From assembly GCA_902489185.1 (NCBI GenBank), contig CABTZC010000001.1:1-40568 (forward strand): 40,568 bases of DNA, read 5' to 3'. The position numbers and the translations under genes are program-made. The notes beneath the pieces were generated by a model. The model did not search any database. It worked only from the letters and a program-made list of their open reading frames with translations, and was not told the origin of the DNA. The stretch comes from an uncultured Brevibacterium sp. Its GTDB lineage: Bacteria; Actinomycetota; Actinomycetes; Actinomycetales; Brevibacteriaceae. Below are positions 16,237 to 25,995 of this stretch, one piece after another. How positions within the stretch are numbered: position 1 is the first letter of the stretch; each line of letters opens with the position of its first letter.

Positions 16237-17925
16237 ATGAACTACTACTACCCAGAGGGTATGCCTCGTCACCTTTCATACCCGCCGGTCACAGTCCCCC
16301 AGTTCCTCACCTCGGCCGTTCATCTCTACGGTGACCGCGTCGCAGTAGCGGATGGCGAAGAGTCGTTCACATATACACAGTTGCTCAGCCATGTAAAAGC
16401 AATGGCGGCTTTCTTACAGGAAAAAGGGGTGGGTCCTGGTTCAACAGTTGGGCTGCATCTCCCCAATACTTTGCACTTCTACGTCGCTTATTATGGGGCC
16501 CTGTTTACCGGGGCGACAGTCACGGCCATCAACCCATTGCAGCCTGTTTCTGGGCTGGTCACTCAGGTCAGTGACGCTGGTGCACACGTCGTTATCAGCC
16601 ACCCCGCGCATATCGATCGCGTAGTGGAGGCTGTCCCCCAACTCGACGTGCAGACAGTGATTATCACTCCCGCGTCGTGGTCTGGTCCAGCATCGGATGA
16701 AGAAATAGCTGATGCGCAGAAGTTAGCATCGGATCCGTTGTACACACTGGCAGAAGAAATCTATCGCCACCCCGCAGAAGATTTCGAACTTATAAAGGTG
16801 TCGCCCGATTCGGTTGCTCACCTCGCCTACACGGGTGGAACCACTGGGAAGTCAAAAGGCGTGCGAGTTCTACACCGCAATCTCGTGGCGAATGTATGCC
16901 AGGTTTCGGCTTGGCGTTTACACTCGACACTTGACTTTGATGGTGAGTTCATCCATCTAAACTCTATTCCAGGCGTGCCATCCCCCTTGGCTGAACCAGG
17001 GGTGGGCGTGACTGTACAAGTTCCACCCCTCTTTCACGCGCAAGGACTCATCACCTCAAACATGTTCATCATTGGCGGAATCACGATTGTGCTTTCCGGC
17101 CGTTTTAAGCCCGAGGTGTTCGTTGAGATAGCGCAAGAGTGGGAAGCCACATACGTATCAGGTAACCCACCCATGTATTTGGCACTCGCACAATACTGTA
17201 TTCCACGCGGAATCACGCTACCCACTATACGCATGGCCGTGTCTGGTGCCGCACCCTTGGACTCGAATGCCCTCGATCGCATTGCAAAAATCATGCCTAA
17301 CGCCGTCGTAGGCGAAGGGTATGGTATGACAGAAGCCACATGCCACGCTATGTCCACCCCGGCCTTCCTCGACCGCTCAGTGCCCGTGGGCACAGTGGGA
17401 GTCCCCGGCCCCGACACCGAGGTCGAGGTCCGATCACCAGACGGCCTTACCGTTTTGGGTGACGGAGAAGAAGGTGAGCTGTGGATACGTGGACCGCAGG
17501 TTACGGCAGGATATGCCAATGCTCCCGAGAAAACAGCTGAGCAGTTCGTTGACGGCTGGCTGCGTACCGGGGATATCGCTTCCCGCGACGAACGTGGTTT
17601 CTTCAGAATTCACGACCGTGCTAAAGACATGATCATCTATAAGGGTTACAACGTGTACCCGCGGGAGCTTGAAGACGTCGCTTCCAAGCATCCAGGTGTG
17701 GCAAAAATAGCAGTTGTGGGTAAGCGTGACGCCGAAGCGGGAGAAATTCCTGTCGCTTTTGTCATTCGCTCAGAAGGTAGCGAACTCAGCGAACGTGAGC
17801 TTATTGACTTTGTGGCAGCGGATGTTTTGCCTTATCAGAAAATCCGCCATGTCCATTTTGCGACTGAATTACCGACCTCCGCCGCTGGCAAGATCTTAAA
17901 AACGGAACTCCGCGATCGGCTGTGA
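16237..17925 (+). CDS. Acyl-CoA synthetase (AMP-forming CoA ligase)
   Basis: YTGGTTGKSKG, GYGMTE, WLRTGD and LPTSAAGKILK. True start taken as ATG 16237, 1 nt after the SDR stop. Confidence 0.92.
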   Translation: MNYYYPEGMPRHLSYPPVTVPQFLTSAVHLYGDRVAVADGEESFTYTQLLSHVKAMAAFLQEKGVGPGSTVGLHLPNTLHFYVAYYGALFTGATVTAINPLQPVSGLVTQVSDAGAHVVISHPAHIDRVVEAVPQLDVQTVIITPASWSGPASDEEIADAQKLASDPLYTLAEEIYRHPAEDFELIKVSPDSVAHLAYTGGTTGKSKGVRVLHRNLVANVCQVSAWRLHSTLDFDGEFIHLNSIPGVPSPLAEPGVGVTVQVPPLFHAQGLITSNMFIIGGITIVLSGRFKPEVFVEIAQEWEATYVSGNPPMYLALAQYCIPRGITLPTIRMAVSGAAPLDSNALDRIAKIMPNAVVGEGYGMTEATCHAMSTPAFLDRSVPVGTVGVPGPDTEVEVRSPDGLTVLGDGEEGELWIRGPQVTAGYANAPEKTAEQFVDGWLRTGDIASRDERGFFRIHDRAKDMIIYKGYNVYPRELEDVASKHPGVAKIAVVGKRDAEAGEIPVAFVIRSEGSELSERELIDFVAADVLPYQKIRHVHFATELPTSAAGKILKTELRDRL

Positions 17926-17936
17926 ATGGTCATAGA

Positions 17937-17987
17937 AATGGCTTGAGTCCTGTTACGTATGTGCCACGTAACAGGGCTCAAGCCATT
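17937..17987. terminator. Bidirectional hairpin terminator between convergent operons
   Basis: 22-bp arms AATGGCTTGAGTCCTGTTACGT and ACGTAACAGGGCTCAAGCCATT with one T-G pair and a 7-nt loop. Confidence 0.8.
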
Positions 17988-17995
17988 GACAGAAA

Positions 17996-19171
17996 CTAGT
18001 TCTCTAGTGGCGGGTGGGGAGCGTTTTCCTTCTTCCACTCTTCCCACACTTCACTTAGCTGATCAGGCGGAGTTTCTTCCACTACCTCTTTCCAGCCTTC
18101 ACGAAGTTTCTCACCACGTTCAATGAGGAGCTGATTACGTTCTTCATGAGCGGGGGTCCAGATACCTTTTTCCGTCAAGTACTGCACCAGACCGTCGTGA
18201 TGAGGCAACACGACCGGCATCCAGTCGATATTGTCGATGCCCCAGTCTTTTGTCGTAGCTGTTGAATCCTTATACGCACCGTAAAGTTCATCGAATGCTC
18301 TGACAGTTTCGTAGACTTCTTCTGCGCTGTATTGAGCGTAACTGGTCATTTGGATTGAATACGTGGGTCCCCGTTTAGCTTTACCTTCCATCCCAATTTG
18401 AGATTCAAATTCAGTGAGCTGGACTGATGGCGCGTACTCCTGTAAGCGCTTGAGTGCGGCATCGTCGCCGTCAAAGTCGATCCATGTGACCTTTCGCGTC
18501 ATATTCGTTTCAATAATGGCTGCCGATTGGGCTCCAAAGATCGCCATATCCAATCCTCCACTCGCCAACATTTTGGGTTGAGCGCTGTACTGCGTGGGGG
18601 TCTTAACGATGTCGTCTGTGGTGAGCCCGGCATATGCGAGTATCCCTTGGATCTTCTCCTGCGTTGATGGATTCGCTGACAACCACGGAATTTTCTTACC
18701 TTTCAGATCCGCCAAAGATGTGATTCCGGAGTCCGCATTGACCGCAACAGTAACCGTAGTAGGTGGGGTCCAAATCGTGCGTAAGTCTTGCGGCCCCCAA
18801 TCAGAGCCAATGAACTCGTGTTTCCCTTCGAATGCGTAAAAAGCTTCGTCTGAAAGTCTGGCAACCTGGGCCTGTCCGGTTCGTAATGGCGTCATTCTGC
18901 CCATCGCTGTATCCGAACCGATCATCCTGACCTGAGACCCCCTCTGATCAATGAGTGCTTCAGCGACAGCTGCCTGTTCAGCATAGTTCGAAGTACCCAC
19001 CGGGTAGCCAGTCCACACAGTGGTTCGCGGAAGTCCCGATGGCAACAAACCGGATGGGGCGTGAGTAGATGGCGTTCCAGTCGTCGTAATCGTTCCACAA
19101 CCGGATAGAAGAAGGGCAGATGCCGAAACACCTGCAAAAACTAAACGCCATATTCTGCGCATTTTCGTCAC
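17996..19171 (-). CDS. Second TAXI-family TRAP substrate-binding lipoprotein
   Basis: Lipobox LLSGC. Shares WGPQxLR, ANPS and YKDxTATTKDW with the 10895 protein. GTG 19171 (or ATG 19162) follows AAGGAG. Confidence 0.85.
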   Translation of the reverse strand: MTKMRRIWRLVFAGVSASALLLSGCGTITTTGTPSTHAPSGLLPSGLPRTTVWTGYPVGTSNYAEQAAVAEALIDQRGSQVRMIGSDTAMGRMTPLRTGQAQVARLSDEAFYAFEGKHEFIGSDWGPQDLRTIWTPPTTVTVAVNADSGITSLADLKGKKIPWLSANPSTQEKIQGILAYAGLTTDDIVKTPTQYSAQPKMLASGGLDMAIFGAQSAAIIETNMTRKVTWIDFDGDDAALKRLQEYAPSVQLTEFESQIGMEGKAKRGPTYSIQMTSYAQYSAEEVYETVRAFDELYGAYKDSTATTKDWGIDNIDWMPVVLPHHDGLVQYLTEKGIWTPAHEERNQLLIERGEKLREGWKEVVEETPPDQLSEVWEEWKKENAPHPPLEN

Positions 19172-19190
19172 GACTAACTCCTTCGTTAAG

Positions 19191-20357
19191 TCACTCGGCA
19201 AGTTCGAGGATAGAAGCATTGGCCTGGCCGCCTGCTTCACACATTGTTTGAAGCCCGTACTTGATGTTTGACTTACGCATGTTATGAATCAGGTCAGTCA
19301 TGATGCGTGCACCAGAGCCTCCCAACGGGTGCCCGAGTGCAATCGCACCGCCGTTGGGATTGACCTTCTCCCAGCTCACTCCAGTTTCTTTCATCCATGC
19401 CGCAGGAACCGAGGCGAATGCTTCGTTAACTTCAAATACTCCAATATCCTTTGCATCCAACCCGGAAGTTTTGAGAGCTTTTTGCGTTGCGGGAATTGGT
19501 GCGTCCAGCATGGTAATCGGATCCACACCTGCCAACGAAGTCGTATGTAAGCTAGCTATCGGCGTATACCCGAGTTGTTTCGCTTTTTCTTCTGACATGA
19601 TGAGAAGAGCTGCTGCACCGTCTGAAATTTGCGACGAGTTCCCCGCGGTGATGACACCGTCTTCAATGAACTCCGGCGAAAGTTTTGCCAGTGACTCCAA
19701 GGTCCCACCCAAACGAATTCCTTGGTCAGTGTCAAAGACAAAATCATGACCGTCTTCGTCGGTACCAGTGACTGGAATAATGTGATCGGCAAACTCTCCA
19801 TTGAGAGTTGCAGCCTGGGCTCGAGCATGCGAATCAAGTGCAATTTGGTCCAGTTCAGTGCGACTCAAGTTCCATTTCCTGGCAAGGATCTCTGCACCTT
19901 CGCCTTGTGAGAAGGACTCGCGCCCGTACTTCTCAAAAATAGTGGGACCGAACGCTTTCCCAGGGCCGTTAATACGGTTACTACCCATTGGAACTCGAGT
20001 CATGCTCTCAACTCCCCCGGCGACCGCAATGTCGTAATGCCCTGCCTGAACAGATGCAATTGCAAAAACAATCGCTTGTTGCGAGGACCCACATGCTCTG
20101 TCGATAGTCGTCCCAGGAACGGACTCAGGTAAGCCAGCCGCGAGCGCGGACCAGCGAGCGATATTAGAGGACTGTTCACCAGCTTGTACAACGCACCCAA
20201 AGAGAACGTCGTCGACCAAGGCGGGATCTAGACCATTGCGATCGATCAGTCCTTTTAGAACCGCTGCACCCAAGTCGACCGGGTGGGTGTTGCGCAGTGC
20301 GCCTCCCCGTTTTCCAATTGCGGTACGTACTGCATCTACAATGACGGCCTTTGGCAT
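19191..20357 (-). CDS. Acetyl-CoA C-acyltransferase (thiolase)
   Basis: IDRACGSS, NEAFA, GHPLGGSG and TMCEAGG. Start at ATG 20357 (MPKAVIVDAVRT). Confidence 0.94.
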   Translation of the reverse strand: MPKAVIVDAVRTAIGKRGGALRNTHPVDLGAAVLKGLIDRNGLDPALVDDVLFGCVVQAGEQSSNIARWSALAAGLPESVPGTTIDRACGSSQQAIVFAIASVQAGHYDIAVAGGVESMTRVPMGSNRINGPGKAFGPTIFEKYGRESFSQGEGAEILARKWNLSRTELDQIALDSHARAQAATLNGEFADHIIPVTGTDEDGHDFVFDTDQGIRLGGTLESLAKLSPEFIEDGVITAGNSSQISDGAAALLIMSEEKAKQLGYTPIASLHTTSLAGVDPITMLDAPIPATQKALKTSGLDAKDIGVFEVNEAFASVPAAWMKETGVSWEKVNPNGGAIALGHPLGGSGARIMTDLIHNMRKSNIKYGLQTMCEAGGQANASILELAE

Positions 20358-20520
20358 AGTGGATCTCTTTCGAACGACGCTGTTCACGCAGGATCACTTC
20401 CTGCGTCTATGAGTGACCTATATCAATGATGTTTGATTATATCTCTGAAAACAATACATTCTCGCAAGTTCTTGTATTACGTAAAAGCAGAAGGGAGCTC
20501 CCTGGCACGCAAACAGTCCG

Positions 20521-21903
20521 CTAATCTGGATCCTTGCCGGGCGCCTCGGCGGGACCACCAACAACGGTCACCAAAAGTGCAATAACCGCCATCAGACTCG
20601 CACCGGCAAACAACACAACAGGAATGTTGAGCGGAAGCATCAATGAAGCCCAAGCGTACCCTGACCCCATACCCAAGAATCGGACGGTGTTGTGAATCCC
20701 AAAGGCCATCGAGTTCTGGGCGATGCGAGATCGCGAAATCGTTAACGCAGCGACACTTTGACCGGCCGTTACAGCAGTTCCTATTAGCAGGAGCATTGCG
20801 ACAATAACGGGGACTTGAACGCGCAACTCCTGCGTGGCAAATGTCATCCACGCCCCCATAATTACAGGCCCTCCAGCTAAGGCAATCAGACCGCAGATGA
20901 GGAGAGTGCGTGAGGTAAAGCGCCTGCTCAGTCGATTCAACAAGAACCCCGAGGTGGCCATCGCAAAGGCCATTGCAAAAATGGTGAAACCGACTGGCCC
21001 CGGAGACATCCCCATTTTTCCTAAGTACAGCGGAACGGACACCATAAATGTCCCAATGATGAACATTGCCACACCCGCGTTGACCGTGCCACGGATGAAA
21101 CGTTTTTCCCAGAGTGCGCGCGGTTCCACGAGCCGACCTTGGTGACGTGACGCCAGCACCGAAAAAACGACTAACCCAGCTGAGGCGACGACGATCACGG
21201 TGATTTCCGTCAGCAGGTCAGCTCGCTGACCTGCAAGCGTAATTGCCAGAACAGATGCCCCCATCATCACCATGAGAGCGACCATCCCTACCCCGTGAAT
21301 AGGTGTCTCCCGCCCAGGCACGCGGGGGACCGTAAGGAGAATTGCCATGACAATTGCTGCGCAGACTACTGCCTGCAGCACAAATACGGCACGCCAATGA
21401 ATAAGCTCAGAAACTAGTCCACCAAAAGGTGGTCCCAGCGCTTGTCCCACACCAATCGCAGAGGCCCACGCAACCATCGAACTCGCTTGCCGCGAAGGCC
21501 AAAGAGCAATCAGTGCTCTCTGCACCCCAGGCGGGAGTACCGCACAAGCAGCCCCCTGCACGGCCCGAGCCATCACGATGAGCTCAAGGTTAGGCGCGAT
21601 CGCCGCAAGCACTTGTGCAAGAGCCATAAGGATGAGGCCTGCGACAACTATTCGGATTGGACCAAACCGGTCGGATAGCCAGCCCATGAGAGGCACGAAC
21701 ACGACCATTGCAACTGTGAACGCCGCGACAACCAACACAACCGTCGAGTCGTCCACTCCGAACTCAATTTGAATCCTGTGTAGGGGTGCATTGATCACCG
21801 TGGACGACAACGTGCCAGAAGCTGTGGCTGCAAGAACCGAATAGTACGCGATAAGCCCTGGCTCACGCGTCGCATCCGGCAGGCCGCTGTTCTGTTTGCT
21901 CAT
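20521..21903 (-). CDS. MFS transporter (DHA2-like)
   Basis: GWLSDRFG motif A, ARAVQG and LGPPFGG. Overlaps the upstream gene by 4 nt. Confidence 0.9.
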   Translation of the reverse strand: MSKQNSGLPDATREPGLIAYYSVLAATASGTLSSTVINAPLHRIQIEFGVDDSTVVLVVAAFTVAMVVFVPLMGWLSDRFGPIRIVVAGLILMALAQVLAAIAPNLELIVMARAVQGAACAVLPPGVQRALIALWPSRQASSMVAWASAIGVGQALGPPFGGLVSELIHWRAVFVLQAVVCAAIVMAILLTVPRVPGRETPIHGVGMVALMVMMGASVLAITLAGQRADLLTEITVIVVASAGLVVFSVLASRHQGRLVEPRALWEKRFIRGTVNAGVAMFIIGTFMVSVPLYLGKMGMSPGPVGFTIFAMAFAMATSGFLLNRLSRRFTSRTLLICGLIALAGGPVIMGAWMTFATQELRVQVPVIVAMLLLIGTAVTAGQSVAALTISRSRIAQNSMAFGIHNTVRFLGMGSGYAWASLMLPLNIPVVLFAGASLMAVIALLVTVVGGPAEAPGKDPD

Positions 21904-23090
21904 TCTTGAGTCTTAGACTTTGCGAGCCAAGCCCGCACAGCGTCGTTGTCATGCCCAAGAGTGGGCGGCGCCAAGTCATATGTGGCAGGAGATTCTGACA
22001 GACGAATCGGGTTGCGCACCGTGGGTATCGTTCGGCTCCCTGTAGTGGTCTTTACAATGGGCTCGAGACCCAACTTCTCTGCAAGCTCTACACCCTGCTG
22101 AATAGTGTTGATGGGTGCGCATGGAAGGCCCGCTTCACTAAGCAATTGAAACCACTCTTGGGCGGTCTTGTGTGAAAGCGCTTCGGTTAAGAGGGGAGCC
22201 AGTTGCTCACGGTGTTCGTTGCGCGGTACCGCAGTGGCAAACCTGCTGTCGTTAAGCCATTCTTCATGCTCAAGCACAGTTGCCAGAATTTTGAAGTGAG
22301 CGTCGTTCCCAACCGCCACAATGATCTCACCCTCCCCCGTAGGCATCGGCTGATACGGGTACAGACTCGGATGTTCATTACCCATGCGCGTAGGAACAAC
22401 TCCTGCGGCCACATACGCGGTGGACTGATTGACTAGACCCGACAATGCAGAGGACAAGAGATTCGTCTCAACGCGTTGCCCCTGACCCGTTCGTGTTCTG
22501 TGTTGCAGTGCTGCGAGGATTCCGATTGTTGTATGCAGACCAGTCATCACATCGAAAACCGCAACACCTGCACGAGTGGCAGGCCCGTCCGGGTGACCAG
22601 TGACGCTCATAAAACCTGATAGTCCTTGAACCAAGAGGTCATAGCCAGGCATTGGATTGTGTCCACCAAACCCTGTCACTGATGCATAAACGATGTTTGG
22701 ATTAGCTGCTTTAACGGATTCATAATCCAAGCCAAAGCGGTTGAGGCCACCGGGCTTAAAGTTCTCCACCATGACGTCGGCCCGGGAGGCGAGTTCTTTC
22801 GCCAGCTTGAGGTCTTCCGGGTTTTTGAAGTCGAGCGTGATATCAAGTTTATTGCGGTTAATAGAGAGATAGTATGTGGCATCCTCCCCACGGACCGGCG
22901 GCTTCCAACGGCGCGTATCTTCTCCGTTTGGAGTCTCAACTTTGACCACAACAGCTCCCAGGTCAGCGAGCAGCATCGTTGAATACGGCCCAGCCAAGAC
23001 GCGGGAGAAATCAGCTACAAGCATGCCTTCAAGTGGCCCGTTGCCAGAGCGTTTCAGAAGTTCGTCGAGGTTGAATTGTGGGTCAGTCAT
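21900..23090 (-). CDS. Family III (CaiB/BaiF) CoA-transferase
   Basis: GPLEGMLVADFSRVLAGP, NRNK, ENFKPG, GYD and VFDVMTG (catalytic Asp). ATG 23090 follows AAAGGA. Confidence 0.92.
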   Translation of the reverse strand: MTDPQFNLDELLKRSGNGPLEGMLVADFSRVLAGPYSTMLLADLGAVVVKVETPNGEDTRRWKPPVRGEDATYYLSINRNKLDITLDFKNPEDLKLAKELASRADVMVENFKPGGLNRFGLDYESVKAANPNIVYASVTGFGGHNPMPGYDLLVQGLSGFMSVTGHPDGPATRAGVAVFDVMTGLHTTIGILAALQHRTRTGQGQRVETNLLSSALSGLVNQSTAYVAAGVVPTRMGNEHPSLYPYQPMPTGEGEIIVAVGNDAHFKILATVLEHEEWLNDSRFATAVPRNEHREQLAPLLTEALSHKTAQEWFQLLSEAGLPCAPINTIQQGVELAEKLGLEPIVKTTTGSRTIPTVRNPIRLSESPATYDLAPPTLGHDNDAVRAWLAKSKTQE

Positions 23091-23138
23091 TAAGGGTCCT
23101 TTTGCATATGGAGCGATCATTGTTTCAAGAATTTCTGG

Positions 23139-23930
23139 TCATCGTAAGTAGAGTCGCACGGTGTCGATCTCATCTCGCAACAACCGCACTTCCTCTTGAG
23201 TGGGAGTAGAGGTGGTTTGTAGGTCATCAGCAACCTGAAGGTCCCAGCCTGTTTGTTCTTTCACGTGGTCCACACTCACTCCAGGGTGAACGTGGGTAAG
23301 TATCAGCTCCCCGAATTTGTCCGGCCTTGAGAGAATTCCCAAAGGGGTGATAACCCGGCTCACGCCGTGTCCCTGCGGGGGTACCCCAACTCCAGACTCG
23401 CGGGCTTTTCGTGGTGACGCTGATGTAACGAAGTCAACCTCTTCTGGGAATGCAGCCGGGTCGTGCCTACGAATAATGACCCAAATCTCGTTCGAGTTTG
23501 CCATAATGTCGGCTGCGCCTCCAGAGCCGGGAAGACGGACTTTGGGCTGGGCCCAGTCACCAATCACAGTGGTGTTGAGCGACCCGAAACGATCCACCTG
23601 GGCAGCGCCCAAAAACCCGAGGTCGATTCGGCCGCCTTGCAAGATGTACCCAAAAAGTGCCTGCATAGTAACAACTGATTCTGCCCCGGAAACCAACACG
23701 GAATCTGCAATTCCCTCAGCCATCGCTTCTGGTTGAGCGCCGATAACGCCTGACTCGTAGATAAGCTCAATATTCTTATTAACGGTCTTCCGCGCCAGAT
23801 CTACGGCAAGAGTTGGCAACCCGATTCCTGCAAATACCGTATTGATCTCTCCGAGCATGCGAGTAGCTGCACACACGATGAGTTCTGTTTGCGTGCAGTC
23901 AGTGTTGCGCATATGCGTGCTGTCGTTCAC
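23139..23930 (-). CDS. Family I CoA-transferase beta subunit (GctB/CatJ-like)
   Basis: FAGIGLP, IYESG (catalytic Glu), GFLGAAQVDRFGSLN and RLPGSGGA. Confidence 0.9.
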   Translation of the reverse strand: MNDSTHMRNTDCTQTELIVCAATRMLGEINTVFAGIGLPTLAVDLARKTVNKNIELIYESGVIGAQPEAMAEGIADSVLVSGAESVVTMQALFGYILQGGRIDLGFLGAAQVDRFGSLNTTVIGDWAQPKVRLPGSGGAADIMANSNEIWVIIRRHDPAAFPEEVDFVTSASPRKARESGVGVPPQGHGVSRVITPLGILSRPDKFGELILTHVHPGVSVDHVKEQTGWDLQVADDLQTTSTPTQEEVRLLRDEIDTVRLYLR

Positions 23931-24862
23931 TGCTTACTCTCCTCGTGTTTGACACGACGGCCGTAATCCACTGCGCCCGAAGGTCGCGAGCCCATCTTGA
24001 GCCTGGCGATGCGTTCCATACTGATCCGCTCGAGATATTCATTGTGATCGGCGGTTCCACGAATGAACTCATCGATCCAAGCGCGTAGCTTTATCGGGTC
24101 CTTAGAAATAGGGGTCCACTCACGGTAGAAAGCATTGTCCCTGTCATACCGACCTTGAACATAAGACGGGTGAGCACCGTATGGAACAGCACAGACGGCA
24201 TCGACCGCATGTGCTGGAATGATAGTTCGGTTGGGGTCTGCACGGATCACATCTCTGTCCACTAATTCTTCTACAAGGACTATGACCCTGTCGGCTGCAT
24301 ACGCTGCCTCTTGTTGGGTGCCTGTGATGCCCCACATTTGAACATTTCCCAGACGGTCAGCTCGATGGGCATGCACAATTGTCACGTCTGGATTCAACGG
24401 AGGGACAACGTAGGTGGTTTCCCCGGTGTAGGGGTCTTCAACCAAGCGGATATCAGGATTCACCTTTGGAAGGTCAGACCCTGAAAAGGATCGAATAGGA
24501 GCGAACGGCATTCGTGCTGCCCCTGCGTGGTAACGCAACACCATTGCGTGATGGCTATATTCTTCCACTGGAAGTGGCGCGGGATCGTGATTCTCAACTC
24601 GCCTGCGCACTTCGTACAAGCTACCCGCTGAGCCGGAGGCGAAAAACGAGCAAACCAGGCGATCGACACAACCGGCCGCGAGCATCATGTCACACAACAA
24701 GTCGGGGGTCATTCGGCAAAATGTCAGCCCCGTAATGTTCTGGCGGATAATTTCGTGGCCAGCCGCAAATGGAATGAGATGCGAAAATCCTTCAAGTGCG
24801 ATCGTGTCGCCGTGATGCACATGCGCAGCAATTGCATCACGCAGTTGAACTACTTTGTCCAT
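23927..24862 (-). CDS. Family I CoA-transferase alpha subunit (GctA/CatI-like)
   Basis: GFSHLIPFAAGHEIIRQ, EEYSH, HAHRADRLGN and PYGAHPSY. Coupled to the beta subunit. Confidence 0.9.
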   Translation of the reverse strand: MDKVVQLRDAIAAHVHHGDTIALEGFSHLIPFAAGHEIIRQNITGLTFCRMTPDLLCDMMLAAGCVDRLVCSFFASGSAGSLYEVRRRVENHDPAPLPVEEYSHHAMVLRYHAGAARMPFAPIRSFSGSDLPKVNPDIRLVEDPYTGETTYVVPPLNPDVTIVHAHRADRLGNVQMWGITGTQQEAAYAADRVIVLVEELVDRDVIRADPNRTIIPAHAVDAVCAVPYGAHPSYVQGRYDRDNAFYREWTPISKDPIKLRAWIDEFIRGTADHNEYLERISMERIARLKMGSRPSGAVDYGRRVKHEESKQ

Positions 24863-24906
24863 AAAGCTTTTACCTTCGTGGCAATGTTATTTTTACGGGA
24901 GCTCCC

Positions 24907-24966
24907 TCATACGCATTAAGTCGTATGATCACACTATAGGCCCCATTTAATACGTAGACATTATCA
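24907..24966. promoter_or_regulatory. Putative LysR operator region in the divergent promoter
   Basis: Perfect palindrome TCATACG-N8-CGTATGA (24907-24928) and a T-N11-A box TTAATACGTAGACATTATCAA just upstream of lysR. Confidence 0.5.
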
Positions 24967-24985
24967 ATACTCCCAAGGAGTTTCA

Positions 24986-25891
24986 ATGGAGCTTTTCCAA
25001 CTGAACGCATTCCTTGCAGTCGCGGAAGAACTGCACTTCGGCCAAGCAGCCGCAAAACTAGGAATGGCGCAACCGCCACTTAGCCGCATCATTCGACAGC
25101 TCGAACAAGAACTCGGAGTCGAACTCTTCTATCGAACAACCCGGTCAGTCCGCCTTGCGCCTGCAGGCGAAGCGTTGGTCAAACCTGCGATGTCAATCCT
25201 GGAAAGCGTGCGAGAAACCGAAGAGTCCATTCGGCGAACAAGCACTGGTGATATCGGAACCGTCAGAATTGGCTTTGCCGGAGCATCATCAAATGGCATC
25301 ATAGCCAAGCTCATTACAGAAGCGAGCAACAGAAAACCAGGCATTCGATTCAGCCTGGAAACCACCACATACGCCGCCGAAGCCCTAACCGGCCTCACCG
25401 ATGAAACCCTCGACCTAGCTATTGTGCGCTGGGACGAAAAGCCGCCACACTTAACGGGCCGCCCCGTCCTGCGAGAACAAATGGTCGTAGCGCTTCGCAA
25501 AGATCACCCCCTTGCACAGCGTGATGTGCTGACTCCACACGATCTCAAAGATGAGCCACTCGCCCTCTTGGCGGCAACGCCGCAGTCAAAGATGAGGGAA
25601 TCAATCATGCAGGCATTTCTCCTCGAGGGCCTGACGCCACACGTGGGCATTGAGGGTCCAGACTCCTGGATTACTGGCGCTCTCGTAAACGCCGGATATG
25701 GGGCGACGATCACATTTGATTCAACAACAGCAAATACCCTGCACCCCAGCATCGCGACCGTTCCCCTCAAGTCCAAAGTCGCACCAACGATCGCATATTT
25801 GGCCCACCGAACCGACAACTCAAATCCAGCGCTACTGGAGCTCCTCGAAATTGCAGATGACGTCATACCAAGCGTCGCAGCGCAAGATTAA
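24986..25891 (+). CDS. LysR-family transcriptional regulator
   Basis: FLAVAEELHFGQAA, AQPPLSRIIRQLE and LFYRTTRSV. AAGGAG SD. Confidence 0.95.
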   Translation: MELFQLNAFLAVAEELHFGQAAAKLGMAQPPLSRIIRQLEQELGVELFYRTTRSVRLAPAGEALVKPAMSILESVRETEESIRRTSTGDIGTVRIGFAGASSNGIIAKLITEASNRKPGIRFSLETTTYAAEALTGLTDETLDLAIVRWDEKPPHLTGRPVLREQMVVALRKDHPLAQRDVLTPHDLKDEPLALLAATPQSKMRESIMQAFLLEGLTPHVGIEGPDSWITGALVNAGYGATITFDSTTANTLHPSIATVPLKSKVAPTIAYLAHRTDNSNPALLELLEIADDVIPSVAAQD

Positions 25892-25995
25892 CCATATTAC
25901 AGCCGCCCAAAGAATCAATTAGGCTCATTTAGTACTAGACAAGCAATGATCTCACGTGCCAAAGTGGTGGCATCACGTCATTTCAAGGAGGAACA

